A DNA stretch of 64,000 nt from Candidatus Poribacteria bacterium (GCA_965208425.1 OZ242335.1:6151181-6215180), one strand, 5' to 3'. Positions 1-9,423 are shown, numbered from the stretch's first letter. Program-made: numbers and translations. The notes: generated by a model not told the origin, from the letters alone.

Positions 1-430
1 CCACCTTCGTTCTAAATGCCTCAAATTCCCGCTCACCGTATTCGTAGAAACCGTACATCAGGTAGGAACGATCGTAGGTATCTACCTCACCCAAGTGAAG
101 CACAACGATTGGAACTTCAATTTCGACTGCCAACTCCATCGTCCGGATCGTCTGTTTAACCGCTTCGTTCCGCGTATCCGCATCAAGACTTGCCAAATGA
201 ATAGGATCATTCTCCGCTTGTGATTGTGGGAGACCGTGTAGAACGGGACAAAAGTTGTGGATCGAGCAGATCTGCGTCGTTGCTAGGTGGGGCTTAATCT
301 GCTCAATCTGTCCTCGTGTCAGATGTCGGCTGAGTTCAATCGCATCAAATCCAAGTTCCTTGAGTTCGTCAAGCAACGCGGCTCCATCAGGGCGTCTCAA
401 AGCGTTCCACATTGTCGAAATTGCTAACAT
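1..430 (-). CDS. Sugar phosphate isomerase/epimerase (xylose isomerase-like TIM barrel), 5' part only; runs off the window edge
   Basis: Manual translation from ATG at 430: MLAISTMWNALRRPDGAALLDELKELGFDAIELS...SIHNFCP...LASLDADTRNEAVKQTIRTMELAVEIEVPIVVLHLG, typical of the AP_endonuc_2 family. Not in the ORF track. Confidence 0.8.
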   Translation of the reverse strand, partial: MLAISTMWNALRRPDGAALLDELKELGFDAIELSRHLTRGQIEQIKPHLATTQICSIHNFCPVLHGLPQSQAENDPIHLASLDADTRNEAVKQTIRTMELAVEIEVPIVVLHLGEVDTYDRSYLMYGFYEYGEREFEAFRTKV

Positions 431-431
431 T

Positions 432-1040
432 TCATGACTCCCTCACAACGACTTTTCTGCCAACAACTTCGAGTTTGCCGGCTGCATACCACCGAACGAC
501 CTGTGGATACAGTTTATGCTCTTCAGTATGAATCCGCTTGAACAGGCTTTCTTCGTCATCATCGTCGAATATAGGCACCGAAACCTGTGCGATGATAGGT
601 CCAGCATCAATCCCTTCATCCACAAAAAAAACGCTTATGCCGCTGACCTTAACGCCATACGCTAGCGTATCGGGTACAGGGTGCGCCCCCGGAAACGCAG
701 GCAGTAGAGATGGATGAATATTGACGATACGGTTGCGGTACTTCCGCACAAACGCTGGCTGGAACAATTTCATAAAGCCTGCTAGAACAATTAGCTCCAC
801 TTCACACTTGTCAAGGATTTTTGAAATTTCCGCATCAAACGCATCTCGATTCGGAAAATCCCGGACTCTCACAACATGGGTGGGAATCCCGGCTTCCTTG
901 GCACGGGTGAGCGCGTAGGCTTTCCTTCGATCACTCATCACTACAGCGATTTCAACTCCACTATTTTCGTCATGGTGGAGCTGATCGATTAATGCCTGTA
1001 AATTGGTTCCGCTGCCAGAGGCTAATACTGCAATTTTCAT
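432..1040 (-). CDS. purN: Phosphoribosylglycinamide formyltransferase
   Basis: MKIAVLASGSGTNLQA, VLAGFM, NIHPSLLPAFPG and DEGIDAGPII motifs; start moved to the ATG at 1040. Confidence 0.95.
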   Translation of the reverse strand: MKIAVLASGSGTNLQALIDQLHHDENSGVEIAVVMSDRRKAYALTRAKEAGIPTHVVRVRDFPNRDAFDAEISKILDKCEVELIVLAGFMKLFQPAFVRKYRNRIVNIHPSLLPAFPGAHPVPDTLAYGVKVSGISVFFVDEGIDAGPIIAQVSVPIFDDDDEESLFKRIHTEEHKLYPQVVRWYAAGKLEVVGRKVVVRES

Positions 1041-1129
1041 ATTCGCTGATTGATTCCTCGCGCAACCTTTGAGTGGGCTCATAGCCTCTATTATACCCTA
1101 TTTTTTGACCATGTTGTAAGTGCTAACTT

Positions 1130-1221
1130 TGTCTGAATCGCGGATTATCGCGGATTAAGGGATTACACGGATTCAAAAATCCGCGCTATCTATTTCATCT
1201 GTTTAATCTGTGATCCAGACA
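1130..1221. repeat. 9-mer-periodic inverted-arm element (family A)
   Basis: TGTCTGAATCGCGGATTATCGCGGATTAAGGGATTACACGGATT ... TAATCTGTGATCCAGACA; related arms at 2342-2382, 8333-8400, 8412-8456, 12137-12175, 17290-17375 and 39185-39223. Confidence 0.75.
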
Positions 1222-1277
1222 TTTTCCGCCCCCGCCCCAATAGCAATTTCTTCAGGAGTCAAGTTGTATAATGAGTA
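1211..1277 (-). repeat. Duplicated 3' end of the type IIG MTase gene (direct repeat of 12166-12232)
   Basis: 63/67 identical by manual alignment; encodes YSLYNLTPEEIAIGAGAENV versus YSLYNLTPEEIAIVEGAENV*. Confidence 0.9.
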
Positions 1278-1288
1278 ACTGGTCAATC

Positions 1289-1702
1289 TCACTCCTCGGC
1301 TCCGCCTAAAGCGTCCGGGGATGGCGTTCTTGAAACGAATTTTGACCGTAGTGCGAGTTGAGTCGCTAAAAATAAAATGTCGTCCCGTCCATCTGGCCAC
1401 GGTATAATATCAGCATGTAAAGGATGTATAGAAGTTTCGGGTTCAACCTTTTGCTGGAGAGCGTAAACATCTTTTGCCAAAAGGTCAGCTCGACCGTACA
1501 AGGTCTTACCTCTCGGTTCAGCCACAAACTCATTACCAATTGACCAAATCGTGCTTTCGCTCAGTGTTGAGGTACGGTAAACGGACAATCGTTTGTTTTT
1601 TGGTGGAACAAATGCTTTAGCTTTAACAGTCTGATCCGACGGGCGAAACTCATTTCTACTCAGTATGAAACGACTAATTCTTTCATTTGGATCAATTGTC
1701 AT
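1289..1702 (-). CDS. Hypothetical protein, possibly an ADP-ribosyltransferase/RES-like toxin
   Basis: 137 aa; early Arg (ISRF), LSVYR and late HPLHADI pattern; overlaps the upstream gene. Confidence 0.5.
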   Translation of the reverse strand: MTIDPNERISRFILSRNEFRPSDQTVKAKAFVPPKNKRLSVYRTSTLSESTIWSIGNEFVAEPRGKTLYGRADLLAKDVYALQQKVEPETSIHPLHADIIPWPDGRDDILFLATQLALRSKFVSRTPSPDALGGAEE

Positions 1703-2309
1703 AACGGAGGTAAAGACCTGTAATCATGCCAATAACGGCGATAAGGTGAGGCATTGAAAAGGTTAATATCCCACGCGCTTGATTCCCCGCGCCGAAGATT
1801 CCAGCAAAAACGATGTGCCCATCTCCACCAAAACTCAAGGTAAATATCTTTTGTCCTTCTCGCCATTCGAGGCAGATTTCACCGTTGTCTAAGGGCATAA
1901 TATCCGGTAAGGGCACGAATTTGTTAACCGTTTTCAAAAACCTGTCCACATCTTCGTAAGCCGTTTCTGGGATGGCATCTAGCTCTTGATCAAGCCTCCT
2001 TTCTTCTTCCGCTTCTGCTCGTACTTTTTGGAGTATCTTCTCTATATCCTTTGGGGCGGGGTCATCTAAATCTGTGTGAACAGCACTTCCTTCTATCTGA
2101 GGTGCTTTTGCCAGTGCTTTCCATGCTCGATCGTAGTTTCTTAGTATCTCGTCCAAGGCGATTTCTGGATCACTCGCTGATTCAGGCGCGGCTTCGCAGT
2201 CTTCTTGATTCTGAAGATAGATCAGATAGTCAACGACTGCTTTCAGGTTTTCTGTTGAGAGTTGTTTGATTAATTCAACTGCTTGTTGTTGTAGGTCTAC
2301 TTTTCGCAT
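1692..2309 (-). CDS. Hypothetical protein, antitoxin-like
   Basis: DUF2281-like N-terminus (LIKQLSTENLKAVVDYLIYL); C-terminal IMPLDNGEICLEW domain; GAGGGA RBS. Confidence 0.55.
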   Translation of the reverse strand: MRKVDLQQQAVELIKQLSTENLKAVVDYLIYLQNQEDCEAAPESASDPEIALDEILRNYDRAWKALAKAPQIEGSAVHTDLDDPAPKDIEKILQKVRAEAEEERRLDQELDAIPETAYEDVDRFLKTVNKFVPLPDIMPLDNGEICLEWREGQKIFTLSFGGDGHIVFAGIFGAGNQARGILTFSMPHLIAVIGMITGLYLRYDN

Positions 2310-2388
2310 GGTATTCCCTCTTTTGTTCTGTTTGCCTTTATTGTCAGAATCGCAGATTATCGCAGATTAAGGGATTACACGAAGACAT

Positions 2389-2468
2389 TCTATAGACATA
2401 GCACTCCGCTGGAGTGCGGGACTTGGACCTACCACCGTTCTATAGACATGCCGCCCCGCTGGGGCGGA
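2389..2468. repeat. REP-like doublet (family B, TATAGACAT-CGCCCCGCTGGGGC)
   Basis: Two hairpin units; related units at 17198-17270, 17812-17891 and 52700-52850. Confidence 0.7.
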
Positions 2469-2522
2469 ATACATACGGTTGTCAAGATAGGCATAGGATT
2501 TGTATATCAGTTCAATAATTTC

Positions 2523-2743
2523 CAAGACTTACGCACTTCAGATTACGTGACTTATAAAAAAAGATGGCTCATATAAAAAGAAAGTGCAAAGCACGAAAAG
2601 AAACCGAGTTTTCAAGAAAAAACTCGGTTTCTTTGCACTAAATCTTAACATGAGCGAAAAAGATATAATGTGTGACGAATTGTGCGTATGTAGGGAACGC
2701 AGATCTGCGTTCCCTACGAATATGTTCAACTGCGTAAGTTCTA
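2523..2743. mobile_element. MITE family E (AGGACTTACGCA...TGCGTAAGTCCT ends) with a nested MITE C and a GTAG REP
   Basis: Ends CAAGACTTACGCA / TGCGTAAGTTCTA; other copies at 17974-18139 and 59064-59196. Confidence 0.7.
2566..2656. mobile_element. MITE family C (GCTCAT...ATGAGC ends; central AGAAACCGAGTTTT..AAAACTCGGTTTCT palindrome)
   Basis: Flanked by a perfect 8-bp duplication AAAAAGAT (2558-2565 / 2657-2664). Confidence 0.85.
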
Positions 2744-2746
2744 CCC

Positions 2747-4165
2747 TTAATTTGCCGCTAATTCAGCTTCAAGTGTTTCCACCACTTTCATTGCCTCAGA
2801 AAGTTCTTTTTTGACCACAGTTACAGTGCGAGCATGGCTGAGTGGGTTCAGGATAATACTTCGATACAGTTCAATCTCGTTAATGAGGCTCTGCCCTAAA
2901 AAGGGTGTGCCATCCCTTAATGTTCCTGTTTTTATTGGACCCCAGAAATCTTTGCTTGTCAGATCTTTCGGATTTTCGCAGTATCTGACTTGAAGATTCT
3001 TCTTATCACAGAATCTCTTGATAGCCGCTTCAAAGGCGGTGCGAAGATAAATGACGCAGGCTTTGTAGTCGTTGGTGGTGAAATATTCCTTCGCCTTTTC
3101 AAGATATGCCTTATTTTTCGCGTAGATTGGGATCTCGTATTCGTCAGTTTGATCGGAATAGAATTCGGCGTATTCCCACTCTGCATCAGATGTTCGTTGT
3201 CTGACAATCTCATACCACGCCTTATCATACGTCATCAAAAAGATTTGGTAGTCTGAGAAATACTCATCTAGGATATCAAGCACCGGCAGGCGGTTTGACA
3301 TATCTAAGCCAATCAACACATCATCTAGGCCGAGAATCTTCAGGCGGCTTTCTGGCTGAATCAGGATTGATGAAAAGTAGATAGCGATAGCAATCGCCGA
3401 TAATCTCGCCTCGTTTAGGAAGAGGTGATGCCTAGGAATATTTCTGTTGAAGAAATCAACCGTTAAGAGAATTTGTTGATTATCAAGCTTCTTTGTCTTG
3501 TTGTTATATTTAACTCTTGGAAAATCGAAGTTGAGTTTAATGTTGTTTTCAAATTTGCCAAGAATTTCAGATGCCCTCGGCTGCAGTTCTGCTAATCTGT
3601 TTGTTAATTCATCGTTGAAATTCGCTATCTGTCTTTCAAGGATTGCAATTTGACCTGCTGCATTTCGGCGTGGATATGGTGGTTGAATGTCAGCCCAATC
3701 ATCCGCAAGGCTCCGACCCCCAATGTTGATGGTATTTGCCAAAAGCGTCTCAACCAGCAAATTGAACACATTCACAGCGTTACTTTCACGATGGATGTAG
3801 TGCGTCTCTAGAAGGGACTTATAGTCGAGAAAACCCTTTGTTTTTGATGCTTCAATAATCAGTTGGTCATCCGTCTCTCTAACGTTTTCCGACCATTCGT
3901 AGATCTCTTTTCTTGACCGTTCATTAGCACGGAGACCTAGTTTGATATAGCCCGCATCTGTGATAAAGATGTTCCGGTCGTTTTCAAATCTATGGGAAGG
4001 ATCTTCGCCGGATTCCAAGAACAGCTTTAACGCAAAATACAGGGACGATTTTCCGCTCCCATTTTCACCGTAAATTAGTAGGTTCTTCCCTGACTTGCGT
4101 AGGTCAATTCGGTAGGTTCCGTAAAAGGCTCTGAAGTTTTTGATTTCAATCTCAGTAATTCTCAC
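2747..4165 (-). CDS. ABC/SMC-type ATPase with C-terminal HEPN-like domain (PrrC/RloC-like architecture)
   Basis: IEIKNFRAF, Walker A GENGSGKS, LNEARLSAIA signature variant, Walker B ILGLDDV, C-terminal YRSIILNPLSH. Confidence 0.75.
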   Translation of the reverse strand: MRITEIEIKNFRAFYGTYRIDLRKSGKNLLIYGENGSGKSSLYFALKLFLESGEDPSHRFENDRNIFITDAGYIKLGLRANERSRKEIYEWSENVRETDDQLIIEASKTKGFLDYKSLLETHYIHRESNAVNVFNLLVETLLANTINIGGRSLADDWADIQPPYPRRNAAGQIAILERQIANFNDELTNRLAELQPRASEILGKFENNIKLNFDFPRVKYNNKTKKLDNQQILLTVDFFNRNIPRHHLFLNEARLSAIAIAIYFSSILIQPESRLKILGLDDVLIGLDMSNRLPVLDILDEYFSDYQIFLMTYDKAWYEIVRQRTSDAEWEYAEFYSDQTDEYEIPIYAKNKAYLEKAKEYFTTNDYKACVIYLRTAFEAAIKRFCDKKNLQVRYCENPKDLTSKDFWGPIKTGTLRDGTPFLGQSLINEIELYRSIILNPLSHARTVTVVKKELSEAMKVVETLEAELAAN

Positions 4166-6453
4166 GCCTTGTCCTCAATGATACGGATCGGTTTAACGCT
4201 ATTGAGAAAGAAAAGGTTCCGCCGGATCGGATGTGTTCTTTCATACAATCGCTCGAAGATCTCCTGTAACGCGGCCATTTTATCTCCCCGAATTTCTTCA
4301 AGCTGCGGCAACCGTTCATCCAACAACGGTTTGAAGAACTGCTTTTTCCCTTGATGCAGTGCTTCAGGTAGATAGGAGTCATAAACCAGTCCGTCAATGA
4401 TCCGCTCAAAGTACCCGAGCATTATGAAGTCGCGGGCGTGTGCCAAATCCACCCCACTCGTCGTCGGTTGTCCCTGAAGGTAGATGAGGTAATCGACAAT
4501 TTTGCCGATCAGGGATTTCTGCGTTGGTGTAAGATCGGGAATAGGGATTTGTTGCATATAGCGGCTGCGCGCCCGTAGATAATCGCCTGACAACTGGTTT
4601 GAAGTCTGCGAATAGAACCACTCCACAACGCGGGAATTGAGGAGACCGCACAACCACGTTTCCTCGGTCGGGATAAGGTAGCATGTATCCCCACAGTAAA
4701 ATCCTTCTGTATCAACGGCAAAGGTTTGATGGTCGTAGTTATTTGGGCAGATCAACTTCGTTTGCGTAAAGAGTTCAGCGTTGCTTCTGGTGGTTGGCAG
4801 TTCGTACCATTTCTGTTTACCCGCCCTTTTGCTCAAGGCGGATTTATATTTTTCCAAATGTTTTCGGATGGCGGGATAACGGTCTATCTCTATGCGACGG
4901 TAGGCAAAAATTAACCATGAGTCCCCGATAGATCGGGATTTATCAACCGGTTTCGCTACCCCCCAGCGTCTGATGTCTCGTCCATGCAAAAACGGTTTCA
5001 AAATATCGGCGGATGCAGGATGATCGGCAATGAGTAGATCTCGCGTCGCACTATCCACGACAAAGGCTCCGCTCCCGCCGGTCCTGATTCCGAAAGTAGG
5101 GCGCGTTTGAACATATTGCGACAGGGGTGGGCCTGCATCACGAAGCTTTGCAAGTAGATTCAATATATCGGGCGATTCAAAGGGTGTACCATCGGGTCTC
5201 AAGAATTTTTCTGTCTTGGGATAACGGCTCCTTCGCCGTTGTGTTAGCATCGCGGCAATGTCTTCGGGCAATTTAATACGATTTGCCCGCTCATACGCCT
5301 CAATGCTTCTGTAGTCATTATGAAATGCAGCGACGATATCCATTCCCAAGTCTTTGGCAGTAGTCAGATCTGATTTGGCTTCTTCCCACTCTCTCAAGTG
5401 CAACCACGCCCGGCCGCGATTGTTATAGGCGTTGACGAAAACGGGATTTAGGGCTATCGCTTTAGTATAGTCTACGATCGCACGGTCATAATCGCCTTTT
5501 TCACTGTAAGCCACTCCACGATTGTTATAGACGTTGGTATCATTGGGATTGAACTTTATTATTTTATTAAAATCTTCAATGGCGCGGTCAAAATCGCCTT
5601 TGTTGAAATAAGCAGCCCCACGATTGTAGTAGGCACCGACAAGGCGTAACTCTAATTGTATTGCAGTGTTATAGTTTTCAATGGCGCGGTCAAAATCGCC
5701 TTTGTTGAAATAAGCAATCCCGCGGTTGTTATAGGCCTCAGCATAATTAGGTTTGCGTTTTATCGCCGTGCTATGGTCTGCGATAGCACGGTCAAAATCG
5801 CCCTTTTTGTCGTAGGCAACCCCACGATTGGTATACGGCTCGGCATAATCAGGGTTAAGTTCTATCGCTTTGTTGTAGTCTTCAATGGCACGGTCAAAAT
5901 CGTGTTTTTTGTCATAAGCAGCACCACGATTGTTATATGGCTCAGCATAATTAGGTTTGCGTTTTATCGCCGTGTTAAAATCTGAGATAGCACGGTCAAA
6001 ATCGCCTTTTTCACGGTAAGCAATTCCACGATTGTTATATGGCTCGGCATAATCGGGTTTGCGTTTTATCGCCGTGTTATAGTCTGCGATGGCACGGTCA
6101 AAATCGCCCTTTAACCCGTAAACAACGCCACGATTGTTATAGGCTTTGGCATAATTGGGATTGAGTCTTATCGCTGTGTTAAAATCTTCAATGGCACGGT
6201 CAACCTCACCTTTTTTGCCGTAAGCAATCCCACGATTGTTATAGGCTTCGACAAAATCAGGTTTGAGTGCTATCGCTTTGCTAAATTCTGCGATTGCTTT
6301 GTCCTGATCCCCGTTTTCGCTATAGGTGATGCCGCGGGTATTATGTGCCTCGGCATCTTCAGATATCAGGGCTATTGCTTTGGTAGTATCCCTGTTAGGT
6401 ACACTTGTATGAGTGTAATCAAAGCTAGCAGTTGCTAAGTTGGGTACTAGCAT
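4162..6453 (-). CDS. TPR-repeat protein fused to a TaqI-C-like target recognition domain
   Basis: About 10 AYNNRG..Y..KGDFDRAI.D repeats, then FGIRTG, ILKPFLHGRDIRRW, YPAIRKHLEKYK, KWYEL, LCGLLNS and YMQQIPIP; no NPPY or SAM-binding motif. Confidence 0.8.
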   Translation of the reverse strand: MLVPNLATASFDYTHTSVPNRDTTKAIALISEDAEAHNTRGITYSENGDQDKAIAEFSKAIALKPDFVEAYNNRGIAYGKKGEVDRAIEDFNTAIRLNPNYAKAYNNRGVVYGLKGDFDRAIADYNTAIKRKPDYAEPYNNRGIAYREKGDFDRAISDFNTAIKRKPNYAEPYNNRGAAYDKKHDFDRAIEDYNKAIELNPDYAEPYTNRGVAYDKKGDFDRAIADHSTAIKRKPNYAEAYNNRGIAYFNKGDFDRAIENYNTAIQLELRLVGAYYNRGAAYFNKGDFDRAIEDFNKIIKFNPNDTNVYNNRGVAYSEKGDYDRAIVDYTKAIALNPVFVNAYNNRGRAWLHLREWEEAKSDLTTAKDLGMDIVAAFHNDYRSIEAYERANRIKLPEDIAAMLTQRRRSRYPKTEKFLRPDGTPFESPDILNLLAKLRDAGPPLSQYVQTRPTFGIRTGGSGAFVVDSATRDLLIADHPASADILKPFLHGRDIRRWGVAKPVDKSRSIGDSWLIFAYRRIEIDRYPAIRKHLEKYKSALSKRAGKQKWYELPTTRSNAELFTQTKLICPNNYDHQTFAVDTEGFYCGDTCYLIPTEETWLCGLLNSRVVEWFYSQTSNQLSGDYLRARSRYMQQIPIPDLTPTQKSLIGKIVDYLIYLQGQPTTSGVDLAHARDFIMLGYFERIIDGLVYDSYLPEALHQGKKQFFKPLLDERLPQLEEIRGDKMAALQEIFERLYERTHPIRRNLFFLNSVKPIRIIEDKA
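5400..6350 (-). repeat. 102-bp tandem coding repeats (TPR units)
   Basis: Recurrent GCACGGTCAAAATCGCC and CCACGATTGTTATA blocks at 102-nt period. Confidence 0.85.
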
Positions 6454-6613
6454 GACCTCTTCTCCTTCGCGATACGGATTTTTTTTGGTGCCATAATAAT
6501 CTGCTGATGGATAGGTGTCACCTAAATTTCACGGAGTAGACTGGCTGCACATTCTGTTTGATGCTTGGAAACGATCCGGAAGTCGTGAACTTGGGTTAAA
6601 ATGAATATCCTAA

Positions 6614-8278
6614 TTATTCGATTGGCGTGTTTTCTATCTGATCTAGCGTTTCAGAAAGTGGCAGAATACGGCTTTTGAGGGCTTGAGCCAACTGATTGTC
6701 TTTCTGAATTAGGGTGAGAACCATGCGCTCATAATCCTTTTGGTTGCGACATCTAAGGGTTGTTGCGATGATTTCAAAAGTTCGACTTTTACGCAGTGAG
6801 TAACGAGCAATAAGCTGATCTAGCTTACCCTCGTCAACGAGCTTATTGAAGCGATGCAGCTCCTCAGAATAGGGGCTTGGATCAATAGATACACAAATTG
6901 GTTGATTTGGGTTATCCATAATTGACTCCTTGGACGGAATTTGCAATAAGACTCTTTCACGTATTTGGCGTTCACATCGTAGTGAGGCCATTCGTTCAGC
7001 CGTTTTCTCCGCTTCCACTTTCAGGGCTTCAATCGCTTTCTGCTTGGCAGATTTGATGAGTTCGTCGGCATCGTAGCCAAGGGAATCCTCTTGTTGGCGA
7101 GCAACAGCGGCAATAGCGTCTGAGCAATAATAGAGAGCTTCAACCGAGTACACATCCAAGGCAAATACACCCTTTTCGGCGAGTTCCTTCACGTCGTCGT
7201 CCGTCCGGTTATCTCGGTCAATGAGGCCAAAGATCTCTACATGTACAGGGTGGATTCCTTGAGATCCACGCCACCCAAGCACCGCTTTTTGGACAGCCTC
7301 ACAACTCTCTTGCGGAACTACAGAAAGCTCGGGAAAGAGAGTAGTGTAAAGGGAAAAATCTGGACCGTCAGGCTTGCCTTCCACGAATAGAATCTTTTTT
7401 CTGGATCCAAGGATTGCAAGTTTAAGTTCTTCCGGGAGTTCAGCGTTCGGCTCCAGGACATAGGCATCCCAAGCTATACATTGATCGCCGCTCCATCGAC
7501 AAGATCTGAGCATGAGAATTTGTGCCTCTGGGTTAACAACTGGAAGTGCTATCTCATGAGTTGCAACAATAAATATGCAGTCCTCCCTTCTTTTGGCGAA
7601 TAATGCCGAGAGAAATGGTTGGATGATAGATCGGTGGAGATGTCTTTCCGGTTCGTCGATTAGAAGCACCTTTCCGGGTTCAGCCGTGATGACATGCGCT
7701 GCGATGATCATTGCGTTCCGTTCACCATCTGACATTTCTGCAACACTGAAGGGATCTCCCTGGGGATGCCTTGCGAGTAGATTCCGGTCATCGGGATTTT
7801 CGACCGTAACTGTCAGCGTACCGAGAGCAAGCAATTCATTTATCTGATCGAACGGAGAAGGCGATTCAGCAGAAATATCTCGTGCTTTCGTGAGATCTTT
7901 ACTATCTACATGACGAGCAATGGCACGGGCACGGGTGTTTTCTTTGGCAACCAAGTCAAATAGGATAGCAGATAAATCCTGCTGTGCCCTGAGATCTTTC
8001 CAGCGAGCCGCATTGGTTATGTGATAGCCTAGTGTTTGATCCTCATGTTGCTGGCGTTGTTCAGATGTAAAATCGCTGCTTCCTGAATTGAACCATGTTT
8101 GTCTGTGTGCAGCTATCCATTTAACCCGGTTATTCCTATTCTCTGAAACAAACCGCTGTATTAACGCCGATTTGCCAGAACCATTAGGTCCTACGATGAA
8201 CAATGGATTACCAATCTTTAGTGTTAGTTGTATTGGATCGCTCGATATTCTCGGAATTTGCCAGTTTATGTCTCCCAT
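6614..8278 (-). CDS. ABC ATPase plus TOPRIM-like (DUF4435/OLD-like) protein
   Basis: GPNGSGKS, MSDGE, LLIDEPERHLH, ATH; C-terminal ILFVEG and LIDRD motifs. Confidence 0.8.
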   Translation of the reverse strand: MGDINWQIPRISSDPIQLTLKIGNPLFIVGPNGSGKSALIQRFVSENRNNRVKWIAAHRQTWFNSGSSDFTSEQRQQHEDQTLGYHITNAARWKDLRAQQDLSAILFDLVAKENTRARAIARHVDSKDLTKARDISAESPSPFDQINELLALGTLTVTVENPDDRNLLARHPQGDPFSVAEMSDGERNAMIIAAHVITAEPGKVLLIDEPERHLHRSIIQPFLSALFAKRREDCIFIVATHEIALPVVNPEAQILMLRSCRWSGDQCIAWDAYVLEPNAELPEELKLAILGSRKKILFVEGKPDGPDFSLYTTLFPELSVVPQESCEAVQKAVLGWRGSQGIHPVHVEIFGLIDRDNRTDDDVKELAEKGVFALDVYSVEALYYCSDAIAAVARQQEDSLGYDADELIKSAKQKAIEALKVEAEKTAERMASLRCERQIRERVLLQIPSKESIMDNPNQPICVSIDPSPYSEELHRFNKLVDEGKLDQLIARYSLRKSRTFEIIATTLRCRNQKDYERMVLTLIQKDNQLAQALKSRILPLSETLDQIENTPIE

Positions 8279-8475
8279 GAAAAAATTCTTCCTTTCCCTC
8301 CTGTCCTTCAGTACGGTGTATCAGTAACGAATTTTAGGATTCCCAAGATTTTTGGACGCCCTCCTACCTATCCTTTAATCCTGAAAATCCTGATTCTGAC
8401 GGTTTTCCTATTGTCAGAATCGCTGATTATCGCAGATTTAAGGATTACACAGATTCAAAAAAACCCGTCATACCA

Positions 8476-9423
8476 TCATATTGAATACTCATCAAACGCA
8501 TCGTCAAATGAAATTTTGCCTTCACACATTTGCTGCCGGACTTCCAATATCTTCCGTGCCGTAGGTAGTCCCTTCACTACAATTTTTGCCTCAATGTGCA
8601 ACCGTTGAAATAATTGATTAAGTTCGTTTACAATATGCTCCCGCATACATGCCTGCGTCCACCTCAATGTTATATTTCTATAATTCCAGTAGAACTCATT
8701 TCGGTATTCTAGGTTGTCATCCCCGTGATTCCAGCCCCACCGCGTCATAATCCTTGCTACGAAAATTTCTATCTCCCTGACGTAAAGTTGGAAGTTGAAA
8801 TATACAGGCCACTCTTGCATGCTCACTTCCTCCATTAAAAAAGGTGGGGTGGGATCCGGACAACGAGCTAGCTTCCTCAGCATTGCACGGTAACCTTGGT
8901 AACCACCCAACCTCTTCGGTATTGCGATATCCCAGATATCCTCCTCCGGTATCATAATGCAGCACCTTTCCCATACGCTACGGTCAGCCTTGGGAATTAC
9001 CTGGATGTACCTCCCAAAGACATGAAACAACCGCAGGGACGTGAAATTATACAATCGGCGTGCTTCGCCAGTTTCCACATCTCGGATAATCTCATGTACG
9101 ACACGACCATGCGATATAAGATAACGAGCAAGCTGCTCTACTGAATCACTCAACAACTCCTCCAATCTACGCCAGTCATGCCAATCCGTACTAGTGAGTG
9201 ATTCCAGAATTGCAACCGCGTGGGATTTATGTTCCGAATCGCCTTGTATGTCCACAGAGAAATTTGGGGACTGAAGCGATTCACCGCCAATTGGCATTAC
9301 CGCTAGGGAAGCATGTCGTTTGAACACATGTGTATTTGTATTGAAATCAATTTCTTCTCGTAAACTTGGAAAGTACTTGGCAGCGCGTGGTGCTTTCAAT
9401 TGTTCACAGGATTCAGATCTCAT
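8476..9423 (-). CDS. Hypothetical protein
   Basis: 315-aa ORF with an ATGA overlap to the upstream ORF; no recognised motif. Confidence 0.65.
   Translation of the reverse strand: MRSESCEQLKAPRAAKYFPSLREEIDFNTNTHVFKRHASLAVMPIGGESLQSPNFSVDIQGDSEHKSHAVAILESLTSTDWHDWRRLEELLSDSVEQLARYLISHGRVVHEIIRDVETGEARRLYNFTSLRLFHVFGRYIQVIPKADRSVWERCCIMIPEEDIWDIAIPKRLGGYQGYRAMLRKLARCPDPTPPFLMEEVSMQEWPVYFNFQLYVREIEIFVARIMTRWGWNHGDDNLEYRNEFYWNYRNITLRWTQACMREHIVNELNQLFQRLHIEAKIVVKGLPTARKILEVRQQMCEGKISFDDAFDEYSI

Noticed and set aside
1203-1400. 65-aa ORF ending in YSLYNLTPEEIAIGAGAENV
   Set aside because: Chance frame joining the overlap of a real gene to the duplicated MTase tail; not an independent gene
2538-2814. 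ORFs with KKLGF / KTRFL peptides (also at 19420, 39181, 53293, 55760)
   Set aside because: Translations of the family C palindrome
5400-6350. Regularly spaced DNA repeats (possible CRISPR or DGR)
   Set aside because: 102-bp in-frame TPR units; no reverse transcriptase, and no adenine-specific TR/VR pair was noticed
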